From contig CAVOYH010000003.1 of assembly GCA_963700635.1 (NCBI GenBank), forward strand, positions 1,152,001 to 1,216,000: a DNA stretch of 64,000 bases, read 5' to 3'. Shown one piece after another: positions 24,831 through 34,869 of this stretch (position 1 is the first letter of the stretch; each line of letters starts with the position of its first letter). The stretch comes from an uncultured Bacteroidota bacterium (GTDB lineage Bacteria > Bacteroidota > Ignavibacteria > UBA10030 > UBA6906). The notes beneath the pieces were generated by a model. That model searched no databases and was not told the origin of the DNA. It saw nothing but the letters and a program-made list of their open reading frames with translations. Position numbers and translations under genes: made by a program.

Positions 24831-27764
24831 GTGGCTGAAATAGACGACGCACAACGGCAGGAACGGCGCAAGAAGGCCGGGGATCTCTTGAAGATGGCGG
24901 ACAAACTCTTCAAGGGGAGCGATTTCGAGGGAGCAGCCCGCATTGTGCAGATGGCCATGGACACGGATCCGAAAAATGCGTATGCGTTGGCATACCAGGA
25001 GCGGATCAAGTATGCCATTGAACAGAGGGACTTGCAGACTCTGGAAGTCTCCGCCGCGGACCGGGCCGCCGGAAAAGCATCAGGTTCTGAATCAACTCCT
25101 TCCGCCGCCGGCACCACAGCAAAGCCCGAAGAAATCCAGCGTAAAGCCCAGGAAGAGATAAAGAAAAAGCTCGAGGAGGCCCAGGCCCGGCTTGCACAGG
25201 AACAGAGCAAAGCCCAGACGTCCGCTCCCCAGCTTTCGGCCGAGCTGAAAAAAGCCCAGGAAACCATCCGCACTCTCCAGGGGGAACTTGAAGAGGCGGG
25301 GGAGAAACAGGAACTCCTTCGCCGGGAACTCGAGAGCGCGCTCCAGGACCGTCTGGAAAAACCCGACCCGGAACTTGAGAGCGACCTTCAGGATCGTTTG
25401 CAGGCACTCCGGACGGAAATGCAGGAAGAACGGAAACATCTGGAAGTATCGTTCCAGGAGCAGCTTGCTGCAGAAACGGCCCGGCGCGATCAGGAACTGC
25501 ACCTTGCCAGGGAGCAGGCGCTGGCGATGCACCGGGAGGCTGAAGAAGAACTCAAGCGCCAGTACGAGACAGAGCTGGCGCGCAGGCTCCAGGAAGAACA
25601 TGCACGTCATGAAGAGGCCCGGCAGCAGGGACAGGCTGTCGCGGCGGAAGCACGGCGCGCCATGGAAGAGGAACTGGAGCGCCATTTCGACGAAGAACTG
25701 GCCCTGCGCCTCAGTGATGTGCAGGGGAAAGCGGTCGCTGCACGGCAGCAGTTGCAGCAGGAGATGCAGGAACGTCTGGCCGCCGAAAAGCAACGCCTGG
25801 AAGAGGCGTACCGCACGGCTGACGAAATCCGGACGGAACGCGAGCAACAGACACTGGATCTCCTTCGCCAGGAACTTCTGGCCGAATCCGACCAGCGCCT
25901 CGCGGATGAACGTGCTGCCCACGAGGCAGAACGGCAACGTATGGAAGTGGAGATGCAGACGCGCCTGGCCGGGGAGTCGACACAGGTTGAAGATCTTCGC
26001 CGTGAACGCGACGAGGTCCGTGCCCAACTCGAGGGGCTCGCAGAAACGCATCGTCTCGATCGCCAGCGCTGGGAAGATGAGGCACAGGCGCGCGTGACTG
26101 CGGAATACCTCCGGGCTTCGGATGAATCACGGCGCCAGATTGAAGAACAGACAAGTACCGAACGGAACACGATTCTAGAACAGGCGCGGCGGCAGGCAAA
26201 CGATGAAGCACGCGCAGCGATAGAACGTGAGCGCGAACTCGTGCGTCAGGACAGGGAAATGCTGGACAACAAACTTCGCAGCGTCGATGACGTCAAGCGG
26301 ACTGCCGTGGAAGAGAGCCTGGCATTCCGGCAGCGCCTGGAAGAGGAGGCTGCCAGCCGGCTCGAGGAGGATCGCCAGCGCCTGGCTGATGAGGCCCGCA
26401 CCGCGCGGGAAGAACTCACGCGGACTCTGCAGGAAGAACAAACCCGCCGTGTGGCGGAGATTCAGGCGCGGCTGAGCGCTGATCTGGAAGCACGCCTCTC
26501 CGAAGAACGTCGCCGCTTCGAGGAAATCCGCACCCAGGATCAGTATGCCGAACTCGAAGCCCGGCGCCAGGCTGCCATTGCTGCAGACCAAGCGGCCGCC
26601 GAGGCCATCAAGCAACGCCTCCAGGAAGAACGTATACGTCTGGAGCAGGAAACCGCGCGTGCGCTGGAGGTCGAACGTGCCCGGGTGGAAGCCGAACTGC
26701 GGACGGCCTTCGAGGAGACCGAACGCCGCCGTGAAGCTGCACGCACACAAGAGGAAGAAGCACTTCGAATCCGGCGTGAACAGGAAGATGCCCAGCGGCT
26801 TGCCGAGGAAGAGGCCGCCCGGAAAAAGCAAGAAGAGGATGCGCGTAAATACGAAGAAGCGGTACGCGCTGCCATCGAAGAAGGCAAACGCCTGGCACAG
26901 GCCAAGAAGATCCTCTCGTACATTGATCAGGCAAAATTGTATCTGTCAGAGGCACAGTTCGAAGAGGCACTGAGCGAGGTGACCCGCGTGTTCCGGCTTG
27001 AACCGGAAAATATTGCAGCCCGTGAACTGGAACAGACAATCTATGCGGCGCGCACCGAACATCAGCGGCGTCGCGAAGAACTCCAGCGGATGCAGGAAGA
27101 TCAGCGTCGTCAACTCGAGGCGATCCAGATCCGGCTCCAGGATCAGGCGCGTGCCGAGCATGACCAGATCCGCCGGCTTGCCGTGCGCGAGCAGCAGATG
27201 AAGGAGAGCCTTCAGCGCGCATCGGAGTACTACCAGAAGGGATCGTATGATGAAGCCCTCGGCGAAATTGAGATCGTGTATGCCGTAAGTCCGGGCCATG
27301 CCGAAGCCCGGGAACTTGAAATTTCCATCCTGAAAAAACAAAAAGGCAAGGGTGACGTTCAGGCGGTGTCACACAGGAGGCTCGAGCAAAGCGAACATTT
27401 CCAGCGCGAAGAGGCCCGCCGGGAACGTGCAACCCATGAAAACCGCGATCAGCTCAAGCGGGAATCAACGGAAATGTACCGGGGCATGCTCAAACAAGCA
27501 TGGACGGATGGGAGTCCGTCCCGTGATTCCCGGTCCATGCTCGATGTGGCCCGAGATTTACTGGGTCTCGACGAAGCAGACCACGCTCTCCTGGATTCTC
27601 AGGTGCAGCTCGAATGTTATCGGGAATCTCTTGAAAACGGAATCGCAGAGGGAAAGTTCTCCCCCGGCGATACGAAGGCCCTTGAAAACTTCCGGGCCAA
27701 ATTCAACGTCCGCCCATCGGACCACAACGACATCCTCGCATCTCTCCGGCTGTCCCGCGCCTAA
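24831..27764 (+). CDS. Long E/R/Q/A coiled-coil protein with dispersed TPRs and C-terminal tandem helical (TerB-like) repeats
   Basis: AAGGAG + GTG; 977-aa open frame; heptad-rich composition; two Y-R-x-x-L...G...S...L...R...DH units. Confidence 0.8.
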   Translation: MAEIDDAQRQERRKKAGDLLKMADKLFKGSDFEGAARIVQMAMDTDPKNAYALAYQERIKYAIEQRDLQTLEVSAADRAAGKASGSESTPSAAGTTAKPEEIQRKAQEEIKKKLEEAQARLAQEQSKAQTSAPQLSAELKKAQETIRTLQGELEEAGEKQELLRRELESALQDRLEKPDPELESDLQDRLQALRTEMQEERKHLEVSFQEQLAAETARRDQELHLAREQALAMHREAEEELKRQYETELARRLQEEHARHEEARQQGQAVAAEARRAMEEELERHFDEELALRLSDVQGKAVAARQQLQQEMQERLAAEKQRLEEAYRTADEIRTEREQQTLDLLRQELLAESDQRLADERAAHEAERQRMEVEMQTRLAGESTQVEDLRRERDEVRAQLEGLAETHRLDRQRWEDEAQARVTAEYLRASDESRRQIEEQTSTERNTILEQARRQANDEARAAIERERELVRQDREMLDNKLRSVDDVKRTAVEESLAFRQRLEEEAASRLEEDRQRLADEARTAREELTRTLQEEQTRRVAEIQARLSADLEARLSEERRRFEEIRTQDQYAELEARRQAAIAADQAAAEAIKQRLQEERIRLEQETARALEVERARVEAELRTAFEETERRREAARTQEEEALRIRREQEDAQRLAEEEAARKKQEEDARKYEEAVRAAIEEGKRLAQAKKILSYIDQAKLYLSEAQFEEALSEVTRVFRLEPENIAARELEQTIYAARTEHQRRREELQRMQEDQRRQLEAIQIRLQDQARAEHDQIRRLAVREQQMKESLQRASEYYQKGSYDEALGEIEIVYAVSPGHAEARELEISILKKQKGKGDVQAVSHRRLEQSEHFQREEARRERATHENRDQLKRESTEMYRGMLKQAWTDGSPSRDSRSMLDVARDLLGLDEADHALLDSQVQLECYRESLENGIAEGKFSPGDTKALENFRAKFNVRPSDHNDILASLRLSRA

Positions 27765-27788
27765 TCAATTTCTGACCAGGAGTTTCCT

Positions 27789-30107
27789 TTGAACCGACGC
27801 GACTTTACCCGTTTTCTCGGTCTGGCCACCGGCATGTTTTCACTGACGCCGGTGACGATGCGTGATCTTTATCAGACACCTGCAGGGGAACAGATTATTC
27901 ACGATGAAGATCCTTTCACACACCTGCGCGGAGAACCGGCCGCTCATGCGGCAATCCGGATGGAACGGGGTGGAGCACGGCTCTATCTCAATGGGAAAGA
28001 AGTTTATCCATTCTGGGGATCGAGTCTGCATCTTCTCGCCACAATCACGAACTACCGTGATGCCCATATTCGCCTTATCCATCCTGTCCTGGGGCTTGAA
28101 TCGGGGTGGCTCGGCCCGGGACAGTACGATTGGTCGGGCGTTGATACATTTCTATCCCGCCTTCTGAAGCTGCATCCCGATGCATTTTTCCTGCCGCGAC
28201 TCCAACTGGATACTCCGGAATGGTGGAAGGATGCTCATCCGGAGGAACTTATCGTCTACGGGCTCCCAACACGTGAAGAGGACTACCGGATCCTGCAGAA
28301 GAAAAATATTCCTCAGTTCGAAGGCGGCTACGATTTGCAGGCCGGAACGGAGTTGCGCGAGGCGTCTTTTGCATCGACAGTGTGGAGGGAAGATACTTCG
28401 TCAATGATCCGGAACTTCCTGTCACACATTGAACAATCTCCGTTGCGGAGCAGGATGATGGGATATCATCCGACCACCGGACGGACGGCGGAGTGGAATT
28501 ACTTCGGTGAGTCGTATCTCCCGGATTACAGCGGACCGATGGTACGGGCGGTCGGGCCTGTGCCTGATGCCCAATCGCGGATCCGGTCGACCTATGGCCT
28601 CCTGCGCGATCCGCGCAAAGAATCTGACGTCATGCAATTCTATACGCGCTTCCATGACGTCATTGCCGATACGGTGCTGACGATCTGCAAAACAATCAAG
28701 GAGGCCACGCACGGCAACGTGTTGTGTGGAGTGTTTTATGGGTATGTCACGGAGCAACCACGGATACAGGAGGGAGGTTACCTGGCCGCGGAGAAAGTCC
28801 TGAGCTCACCCTATATCGATTACATCGCCTCACCCTATTCGTATCAACCGGGAAACGCCACCGATGAACGCGGAGTCAGAGTCACGATGGTCGACGGTGC
28901 CGGAAACAGGCTGGGGCATGCACGGGGCGTTGCGGGGGACGGTGCGTATCGTCTCCCCACCGGATCTTTGCATCGAAGGGGAAAACTCTTCATCGCCGAA
29001 CTCGACCCGAGTACCTATCGCGACGCGCAGGCCCATGATGTCATCGGGGGTCTCGGGGGTTTAGGAAGCGGAACGGTGGAGGGATCTCTGCAGATTCTGC
29101 GACGGGATCTCGGCGGGGTGATCTCCCACGGTGTTGGCGGCTGGTTGCTCGATTTTGGTCCGCTCAACAAAGCCCCGGAGGGTTGGTACTCTGGAGAACC
29201 CATTGTCAATGAGATTCGACGCCTGGTTGATTTCGGCGCCCACCGCCCGGATCTTGATATCAGCAGCGAAGGAGAGATGGCCGTCCTGTTTGACCAGCAG
29301 AGTTTTGTCGCCACGACTCACTGGCTTGCCGGTGATCCATGGGAGAACTATGGTATCAAGTCAACGGACTACATCAACCACTGGTTCGTAAATACCCAGA
29401 CGCGTGCGTTTCAGCGTATGGGTGCGCCGATGGATTCACTGTTCCGATTTGATCTGAACCGGGAGGATGCAGCCCGTTACCGCATGCTGTTCGTTGTGAA
29501 TACATTTCTGCTGTCCGCCGAAGAACGGGAGAGGCTTCAGGCGGCATTACGCGGAAGCGGGACAACCGTGGTCTGGTATTATGCGCCGGGGTTTGTTACT
29601 CCGGACCGCCTGGATCTCCGGCAGATGGAGCAGTTAACGGGTTTTACGTTCTCGGTCCACGAGACGCCGGCGCCGATGCTCATCAGGAGCACGAAACCCG
29701 GCGGCACAACAGGCCCCCCCCGGTTGTTCGGAGTGAACGAGAAGCATTTCCCCCGTTTCGTCGTCACTGAACCACGGGCGGAAGTTCTGGGAGAATGGAG
29801 TGACGGGGCGGGACCGGCGTTTGCCAGGACAACGCACGAGGGGTTTACCTCGATCTATGTCGGCACAGCTCCCGTCCCGGCGGACATTCTTCGTGATCTG
29901 GCAACAGAGGCGGGCGTCAGGATGTGGAGCACCCGGCAGGACATTGTATCTGCCACACACGATGCGGCAATGCTCGTCGCTACGGATACGGGCCGGCGAA
30001 CACTCACTCTTCCCCGGCCGATGCGGCGGCTGGAGGGCGGGGAGCCGTCCACCGCACACGTCCTGACCATGAAGACAGGCGACGTTGAGATCTTTGCCGC
30101 AAGGTAG
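27789..30107 (+). CDS. Tat-exported glycoside hydrolase-like protein (GH42/beta-galactosidase-like)
   Basis: NRRDF Tat motif; AGGAG + TTG; WLGPGQYDW, SFASTVWR, AEWNY, SPYSY, VVWYYAPG. Confidence 0.65.
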   Translation: MNRRDFTRFLGLATGMFSLTPVTMRDLYQTPAGEQIIHDEDPFTHLRGEPAAHAAIRMERGGARLYLNGKEVYPFWGSSLHLLATITNYRDAHIRLIHPVLGLESGWLGPGQYDWSGVDTFLSRLLKLHPDAFFLPRLQLDTPEWWKDAHPEELIVYGLPTREEDYRILQKKNIPQFEGGYDLQAGTELREASFASTVWREDTSSMIRNFLSHIEQSPLRSRMMGYHPTTGRTAEWNYFGESYLPDYSGPMVRAVGPVPDAQSRIRSTYGLLRDPRKESDVMQFYTRFHDVIADTVLTICKTIKEATHGNVLCGVFYGYVTEQPRIQEGGYLAAEKVLSSPYIDYIASPYSYQPGNATDERGVRVTMVDGAGNRLGHARGVAGDGAYRLPTGSLHRRGKLFIAELDPSTYRDAQAHDVIGGLGGLGSGTVEGSLQILRRDLGGVISHGVGGWLLDFGPLNKAPEGWYSGEPIVNEIRRLVDFGAHRPDLDISSEGEMAVLFDQQSFVATTHWLAGDPWENYGIKSTDYINHWFVNTQTRAFQRMGAPMDSLFRFDLNREDAARYRMLFVVNTFLLSAEERERLQAALRGSGTTVVWYYAPGFVTPDRLDLRQMEQLTGFTFSVHETPAPMLIRSTKPGGTTGPPRLFGVNEKHFPRFVVTEPRAEVLGEWSDGAGPAFARTTHEGFTSIYVGTAPVPADILRDLATEAGVRMWSTRQDIVSATHDAAMLVATDTGRRTLTLPRPMRRLEGGEPSTAHVLTMKTGDVEIFAAR

Positions 30108-30142
30108 ATGCTGTTCCCTGACTTCTGGAAAAGGCTTCGACA

Positions 30143-30171
30143 TTGTAAATGTTCTCTGCTATGCGTATATT
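30143..30171 (+). promoter_or_regulatory. Putative sigma70 promoter for pfkA
   Basis: TTGTAA-17-TATATT. Confidence 0.55.
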
Positions 30172-30213
30172 CAAGGTTAGGTATTTACATCCACGAGGAA
30201 AGACAAAAGCGCG

Positions 30214-31299
30214 ATGAAGCTCAATCGCATCGGTATTCTCACAGGCGGCGGCGATTGTCCGGGCCTGAATGCGGTGATCCGTAGCATCGCAAAGCCCGCC
30301 ATGCGTCACTTTAATGCCAAGGTGATCGGTATTCTGGACGGATATGAGGGAATGGTCGAGGGCAGGCACAGGGAACTCACACCACTCGACGTCACGGGCA
30401 TTATTAATATGGGGGGCACGATCCTCGGAACCTCCAACAAGGGTGACCCCTTTCATTTCCCCCTGGGACAACGAAACAACGTCCGGATCGTGGACGCATC
30501 ACAACAGGTCATCGATCATTACCGCGACATGAAGCTGGATGTGCTCGTCACCATCGGTGGCGATGGCACGCAGATCATCGCACACAAGCTATCCCAGATG
30601 GGATTGAATGTGATCGGCGTTCCCAAAACGATTGATAACGATCTGGAAGCCACGGATATTACCTTTGGCCATGATTCGGCCCGTGCGGTTGCCACCGAGG
30701 CGATCGATCGCCTGCAAACCACGGCGTCTGCTCACCATCGCGTCATCGTGCTCGAAACCATGGGGCGCTATGCGGGTTGGATTGCACTCGGTGCAGGAGT
30801 CGCCGGCGGATCCGACATCATTCTTATTCCCGAGATTCCATTTTCGTGGGACAAGGTGTTCGAAACGGTTCTCATGCGCAGCCGCGGGGCAAAGTTCAGT
30901 ATTATCACTGTCGCCGAGGGTGCAAAGCCCCTGGGAGGTGATGTGTCGGTGAAAGAGATGGACAAAAAACGGACGGATCCAATCCGCCTCGGAGGTATTG
31001 GAGAGCTGGTTGCAAAACGAATTGAGGATGAGACCGGAGTGGAGACGCGGGTTACCGTCCTGGGGCATGTCCAGCGTGGCGGCAGCCCGACAGCATTTGA
31101 TCGGATTCTTGCTACCCGGTTTGGCGCGGCCGCCCTTCAGGCTGCCTCGGCAAGCGAGTTTGATGTGATGACAAGTCTGCAGAAGAATGAGGTGGTGACG
31201 GTGCCGCTCAGAGATGCGGTCGGTCGCCAGCGTCTGGTCCCCACGAATTCACAGCTTGTCTTCGCGGCACGTGCAGTGGGAACGTGCCTGGGAGACTAA
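30214..31299 (+). CDS. pfkA: 6-phosphofructokinase
   Basis: GGGDCPGLN, GGDG, PKTIDND, MGR, LGHVQRGG. Confidence 0.96.
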   Translation: MKLNRIGILTGGGDCPGLNAVIRSIAKPAMRHFNAKVIGILDGYEGMVEGRHRELTPLDVTGIINMGGTILGTSNKGDPFHFPLGQRNNVRIVDASQQVIDHYRDMKLDVLVTIGGDGTQIIAHKLSQMGLNVIGVPKTIDNDLEATDITFGHDSARAVATEAIDRLQTTASAHHRVIVLETMGRYAGWIALGAGVAGGSDIILIPEIPFSWDKVFETVLMRSRGAKFSIITVAEGAKPLGGDVSVKEMDKKRTDPIRLGGIGELVAKRIEDETGVETRVTVLGHVQRGGSPTAFDRILATRFGAAALQAASASEFDVMTSLQKNEVVTVPLRDAVGRQRLVPTNSQLVFAARAVGTCLGD

Positions 31300-32183
31300 T
31301 CTGATTCCTGGTGCCAATCCCGCGTCATATCTAACCAGAACACCAACCCCCGCCAGCGGCCAAATGGTTTGTAGTGATGTTCTATGCGGCCGTCGTCGAC
31401 GACTCTGCCACGGGCATACCGTTGTGACCATTGTTTTCTCACCCAGGAATCAAGCCCGAGGTACTCGTAGCGGCCGACGAGCTTAAGGAGATTCCCTGCT
31501 GCATAAGGACCAACTCCGCGGATGCCGCACAGCGCCTCATATAGCTCCGGAGTGGAAAGAGGGGAGTGACGCCATTCTTCCAGGGGGAGGGATCCTGATG
31601 CAACATGTTCCGCCAATTCGACGAGCGCACGTGAACGGTAGCCCGTGGAGCACGTCCTGCGGAGCTCCTGTTCAGAGGATGCCGCAATTGCAGAGGCCAG
31701 TGGAAATGCCGAGAGACCCTGTCCACGGCGTCCGAATGTCTCCACCAGCGCCCGTACCATCACGACCGTCAGATGCCAGGAACAGTTGGTGGTGCAGATC
31801 ATCTTCACGGTATCCTCAAACATGGTCGGAGCGCGCAGCAGCCGGCCCGCGAGCCGGCGGCTGATCCAGCGGTATGCCGTATGCTTTCGCATCTCTTCGT
31901 GGAAGAGAACAAAATCTTCGTCGATGCGGAGGCATGAACGGAGTTGTGTTGATATTTCCTTCCGATGTTCCGGCTTCAACGAAGCTGGTCCTGTGCATGT
32001 AACCCGGACCCCACGTACATTTTCACGCATGGCACAGCGCACAAGGGTGCCATCCCGCAGCTCGAGGATGCGCGAAAGTTCTCCGCGGTCGGGATCAAAC
32101 GCAAAAGGGACAAGATCGCACCATCCGTGGCTGTACGCGGTACGTCGGAATGAGAAATCGCGCGGAATGTTCAGCAGAACCAT
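31296..32183 (-). CDS. HhH-GPD DNA glycosylase (AlkA/Ogg-like)
   Basis: SHGW, RLLRAPTMFED, TTNCSW, HhH IRGVGPYAA, LDSW; start at ATG 32183. Confidence 0.85.
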   Translation of the reverse strand: MVLLNIPRDFSFRRTAYSHGWCDLVPFAFDPDRGELSRILELRDGTLVRCAMRENVRGVRVTCTGPASLKPEHRKEISTQLRSCLRIDEDFVLFHEEMRKHTAYRWISRRLAGRLLRAPTMFEDTVKMICTTNCSWHLTVVMVRALVETFGRRGQGLSAFPLASAIAASSEQELRRTCSTGYRSRALVELAEHVASGSLPLEEWRHSPLSTPELYEALCGIRGVGPYAAGNLLKLVGRYEYLGLDSWVRKQWSQRYARGRVVDDGRIEHHYKPFGRWRGLVFWLDMTRDWHQESD

Positions 32184-32245
32184 GGAGTCCCCTTCGGCGC
32201 AAACCGTTTGTGAATGACGACGGAGCTCCGGAACGTGTGCGCGCT

Positions 32246-32749
32246 TCACACTGCAGGAGGTTGCATCCCGTAGGATGCCCATTCTTCTTTTGTGGGACCG
32301 TAGATTCCGGGGAGGCTCAATCCGCATTGTCGCATCACCACCGTCATTTGAGCCCGGTGATGAATCTGATGATGCACGAGAATCTGTAACGTCAGACCCC
32401 GCGCCCATGTTTCTCCATACATTTCATCCTCGATCAACAGCGTCGCGTCATCCCAGCCTGCCTTCACCTGTTCGAGAAGCGAGATGGCAACAGTATTGTA
32501 TGTATCAAAAATCACCCTGGCTGTTGCGGGGACCGGAGCGTTCTCAGCAGGTCCCGTGAACTGCAGCCCGGTACGGCTGGCCATTTCGGGGATGGACGTT
32601 ACGATATGCCACGCCATCCGGCCGAGGGTGCGAACGTCCGCATGGACGACCTTCTGCAGCGTGCCGGTAGTGATATGCTTGAAGATTTTCTGGGTGGACT
32701 CCATCTCTGCTTGCCACAGGCGGTCAAAGTCGGCAATATGCCTGATCAT
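32246..32749 (-). CDS. DinB family protein
   Basis: AWHI and HQIHHRAQ His triad, PGIYGP. Confidence 0.9.
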   Translation of the reverse strand: MIRHIADFDRLWQAEMESTQKIFKHITTGTLQKVVHADVRTLGRMAWHIVTSIPEMASRTGLQFTGPAENAPVPATARVIFDTYNTVAISLLEQVKAGWDDATLLIEDEMYGETWARGLTLQILVHHQIHHRAQMTVVMRQCGLSLPGIYGPTKEEWASYGMQPPAV

Positions 32750-32809
32750 GCGGGCTCCCTGTCATGTTGTGGGCTCGTTGTGAGTCTCTCTGGCAACGGT
32801 TCAAATGTC

Positions 32810-34273
32810 CTATTTTACCGCCCATTCCGGTATGATGACAATATCGATCCGACGGTTTTTTGCCCGTCCGGTTTCCGAATCGTTGCTGGCGACGGGTTTG
32901 CTTTCGCCGTATCCCTGGGCGACGATGGGGAAATCCCCGCCCATATTGGCCTTCAAGTATTCGGCCACCGCCCGTGCCCGGCTCTCGGAAAGTTTCTGGT
33001 TCAGTTCATCACTGCCGCGGGAGTCGGTGTGGCCTTCCACCGAGATCTGACACTTCCCGAATTTCCGCACGGCGACCTGCACCTTTGTCAGGAGGCCGAA
33101 GAATTGAGGTTCAATCGTATTCTTGCCAACCGGAAATGTCAGTCCATAGAGCCGGATAATCCCGTTTTGGCCATTGCGTACCACCATCCCTTCCTCTTTG
33201 GTGAACATGGCCGTCACATCGGCGAACGTTGCTTCCTGATGTTTCTGGATTGCAATGCGGTGTTTGAGCTCTCGCTCCGCCTCGGTGAGAGTTCCTACGC
33301 GGGCCTCCATGGAAGCAACCTGCTGCTTCAGATTGGCAATCTCTTCTTCGTGCTGTGTGATCGTGGCAGCGTCTTTGAGCGACGTTGCCTCCCGCTGACG
33401 GATTTCCGCTGAGAGTTCCTCGGTCACTGCTTCCGGACCACTGTCGAACCGGGGGGCGATATCCAGGGCTTTTGCAAGAGTTGTCATCTGATTCTCGTAT
33501 CCGAGAATCAGGTCCTCCAGCGTCCGTTCTGATTTCTTGAAATTCTCAATCTGCTGATGTACGGTGATGGCGTGTTGCGCTTCGTATTTGGCCTCCTGTG
33601 CCACCTGGCGGGCTTCGTCGGTGTCATACCGATTGGACTTCAAAAGTTCTTCAACCTGGGTGGTGAGTTTTTCCGCGCGGGCAAGGGTCCCGGGCGCATT
33701 GTCCTGAACGTCCAGTTCTCCGGCCTTCTGCAGAAGGGCGCGAGCAGGCCCGAGATAGTTGCCTTTGATTGCCTCAAGTTCGGCCGTACGATACATGCCT
33801 TCGGCTTCGCTGGCTCTGGCTTTTGCATCATTCACATCGCCGTCTTCGAGATCATACGCCCCCGACCGGAATTGCTCTTCGGCCCTCGTCCACAACTCTG
33901 GTGCAAATTGCGGAGCATCGGCGCTTACTGCATCGTTCCGGGCCTTCATCACTGACGTGAAGGTAATTTCACCCAGCTTGCACCCGTCCAGCGCCTTCTT
34001 GAAGGAAATGCCTGCATCCGCCAGCAACGAACGGATATTGTCCAGATCCTTTCCCTTGTTAAGCGCGTCCTCTGCATCCTGGTACGCATCCAGGCCTTTC
34101 TCGAAGTGCCGGGGAGAATACAGGTGGGCATTCTGTTCTTTTGCGGCCTGGAGGATCTTGTCTGTGTCGCCGAAGAGTTGAGAACGGATAGTACCCTGCG
34201 CGATAGCGGCTGGAGTGAAGATTCCCGTGAGCGCGAGAATCGTGCCGATCACAGCTATTTGAGACAAGCGCAT
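32810..34273 (-). CDS. OmpA-domain periplasmic protein with N-terminal helical repeats
   Basis: Signal peptide; VEGHTD, NQKLSESRA, GYGESKP, GRAKNRRIDI. Confidence 0.9.
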   Translation of the reverse strand: MRLSQIAVIGTILALTGIFTPAAIAQGTIRSQLFGDTDKILQAAKEQNAHLYSPRHFEKGLDAYQDAEDALNKGKDLDNIRSLLADAGISFKKALDGCKLGEITFTSVMKARNDAVSADAPQFAPELWTRAEEQFRSGAYDLEDGDVNDAKARASEAEGMYRTAELEAIKGNYLGPARALLQKAGELDVQDNAPGTLARAEKLTTQVEELLKSNRYDTDEARQVAQEAKYEAQHAITVHQQIENFKKSERTLEDLILGYENQMTTLAKALDIAPRFDSGPEAVTEELSAEIRQREATSLKDAATITQHEEEIANLKQQVASMEARVGTLTEAERELKHRIAIQKHQEATFADVTAMFTKEEGMVVRNGQNGIIRLYGLTFPVGKNTIEPQFFGLLTKVQVAVRKFGKCQISVEGHTDSRGSDELNQKLSESRARAVAEYLKANMGGDFPIVAQGYGESKPVASNDSETGRAKNRRIDIVIIPEWAVK

Positions 34274-34321
34274 AATGACCTTTCTGCACGTAGTGTCGGA
34301 CTGTGTGAATAGGGCATTGCC

Positions 34322-34771
34322 CTAGGTACCGGTAAACAGCGACTCGAGATTCAACGTAGGCACGCGGGTTTTACTTGCCAGCGAAACGTACCGCCGGGCC
34401 AGGGTATCTTTGCCGGCACCAAGGACGGTGCTGACAAGTCCGAGGGCTTCTGCATACCCGGCGGGAGGAAGTTCTTTTAGTATCCTCATCCAGATTGCCT
34501 CTTCCAGCACGTTAAATGCTGTCTGCACTTCCCACAGGTCGTACCCGGCTTCAAACCGTTCGTGTGCGATGGACTCTGCGTGCGCGATCATGGGCCCGAG
34601 ATTACGTTCTTTTGCGGCCCTGGTGGTGAGTACAAAAAGCGCCTTTAACCGTTGGTGTGTGCTCTCCGATCCGGCTTTTGCATAGGTGTGGAGGCGTGCG
34701 CGGGTAATGGCTTCTTCGGCGTCGGCAAGGATTTCGGCCGACCGATTATGCAAGAGCGTGTGAATATCCAT
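34322..34771 (-). CDS. Stand-alone RsbRD_N/globin-like helical domain protein
   Basis: IAHERFEAGYDLWEVQTAFNVLEEAIW pattern; own TTGCGA-17-TACCTT promoter. Confidence 0.6.
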   Translation of the reverse strand: MDIHTLLHNRSAEILADAEEAITRARLHTYAKAGSESTHQRLKALFVLTTRAAKERNLGPMIAHAESIAHERFEAGYDLWEVQTAFNVLEEAIWMRILKELPPAGYAEALGLVSTVLGAGKDTLARRYVSLASKTRVPTLNLESLFTGT

Positions 34772-34869
34772 GTGGTGATCCGTGGTGAAGTAGATGAAGG
34801 GAGTATGACAAAAGGTACGCGGAATCCCGCTCTTTCGCAACGCCACATCCTCCGGCGCAGTATCCGGAT

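Noticed and set aside
24410-27432. Several long antisense ORFs (e.g. 25092..26051, 26608..27432)
   Set aside because: Shadows of the low-complexity coiled-coil gene.
32184-32408. N-terminal extension of the HhH glycosylase ORF
   Set aside because: Overlaps dinB in another frame; a GGAC-type SD precedes ATG 32183.
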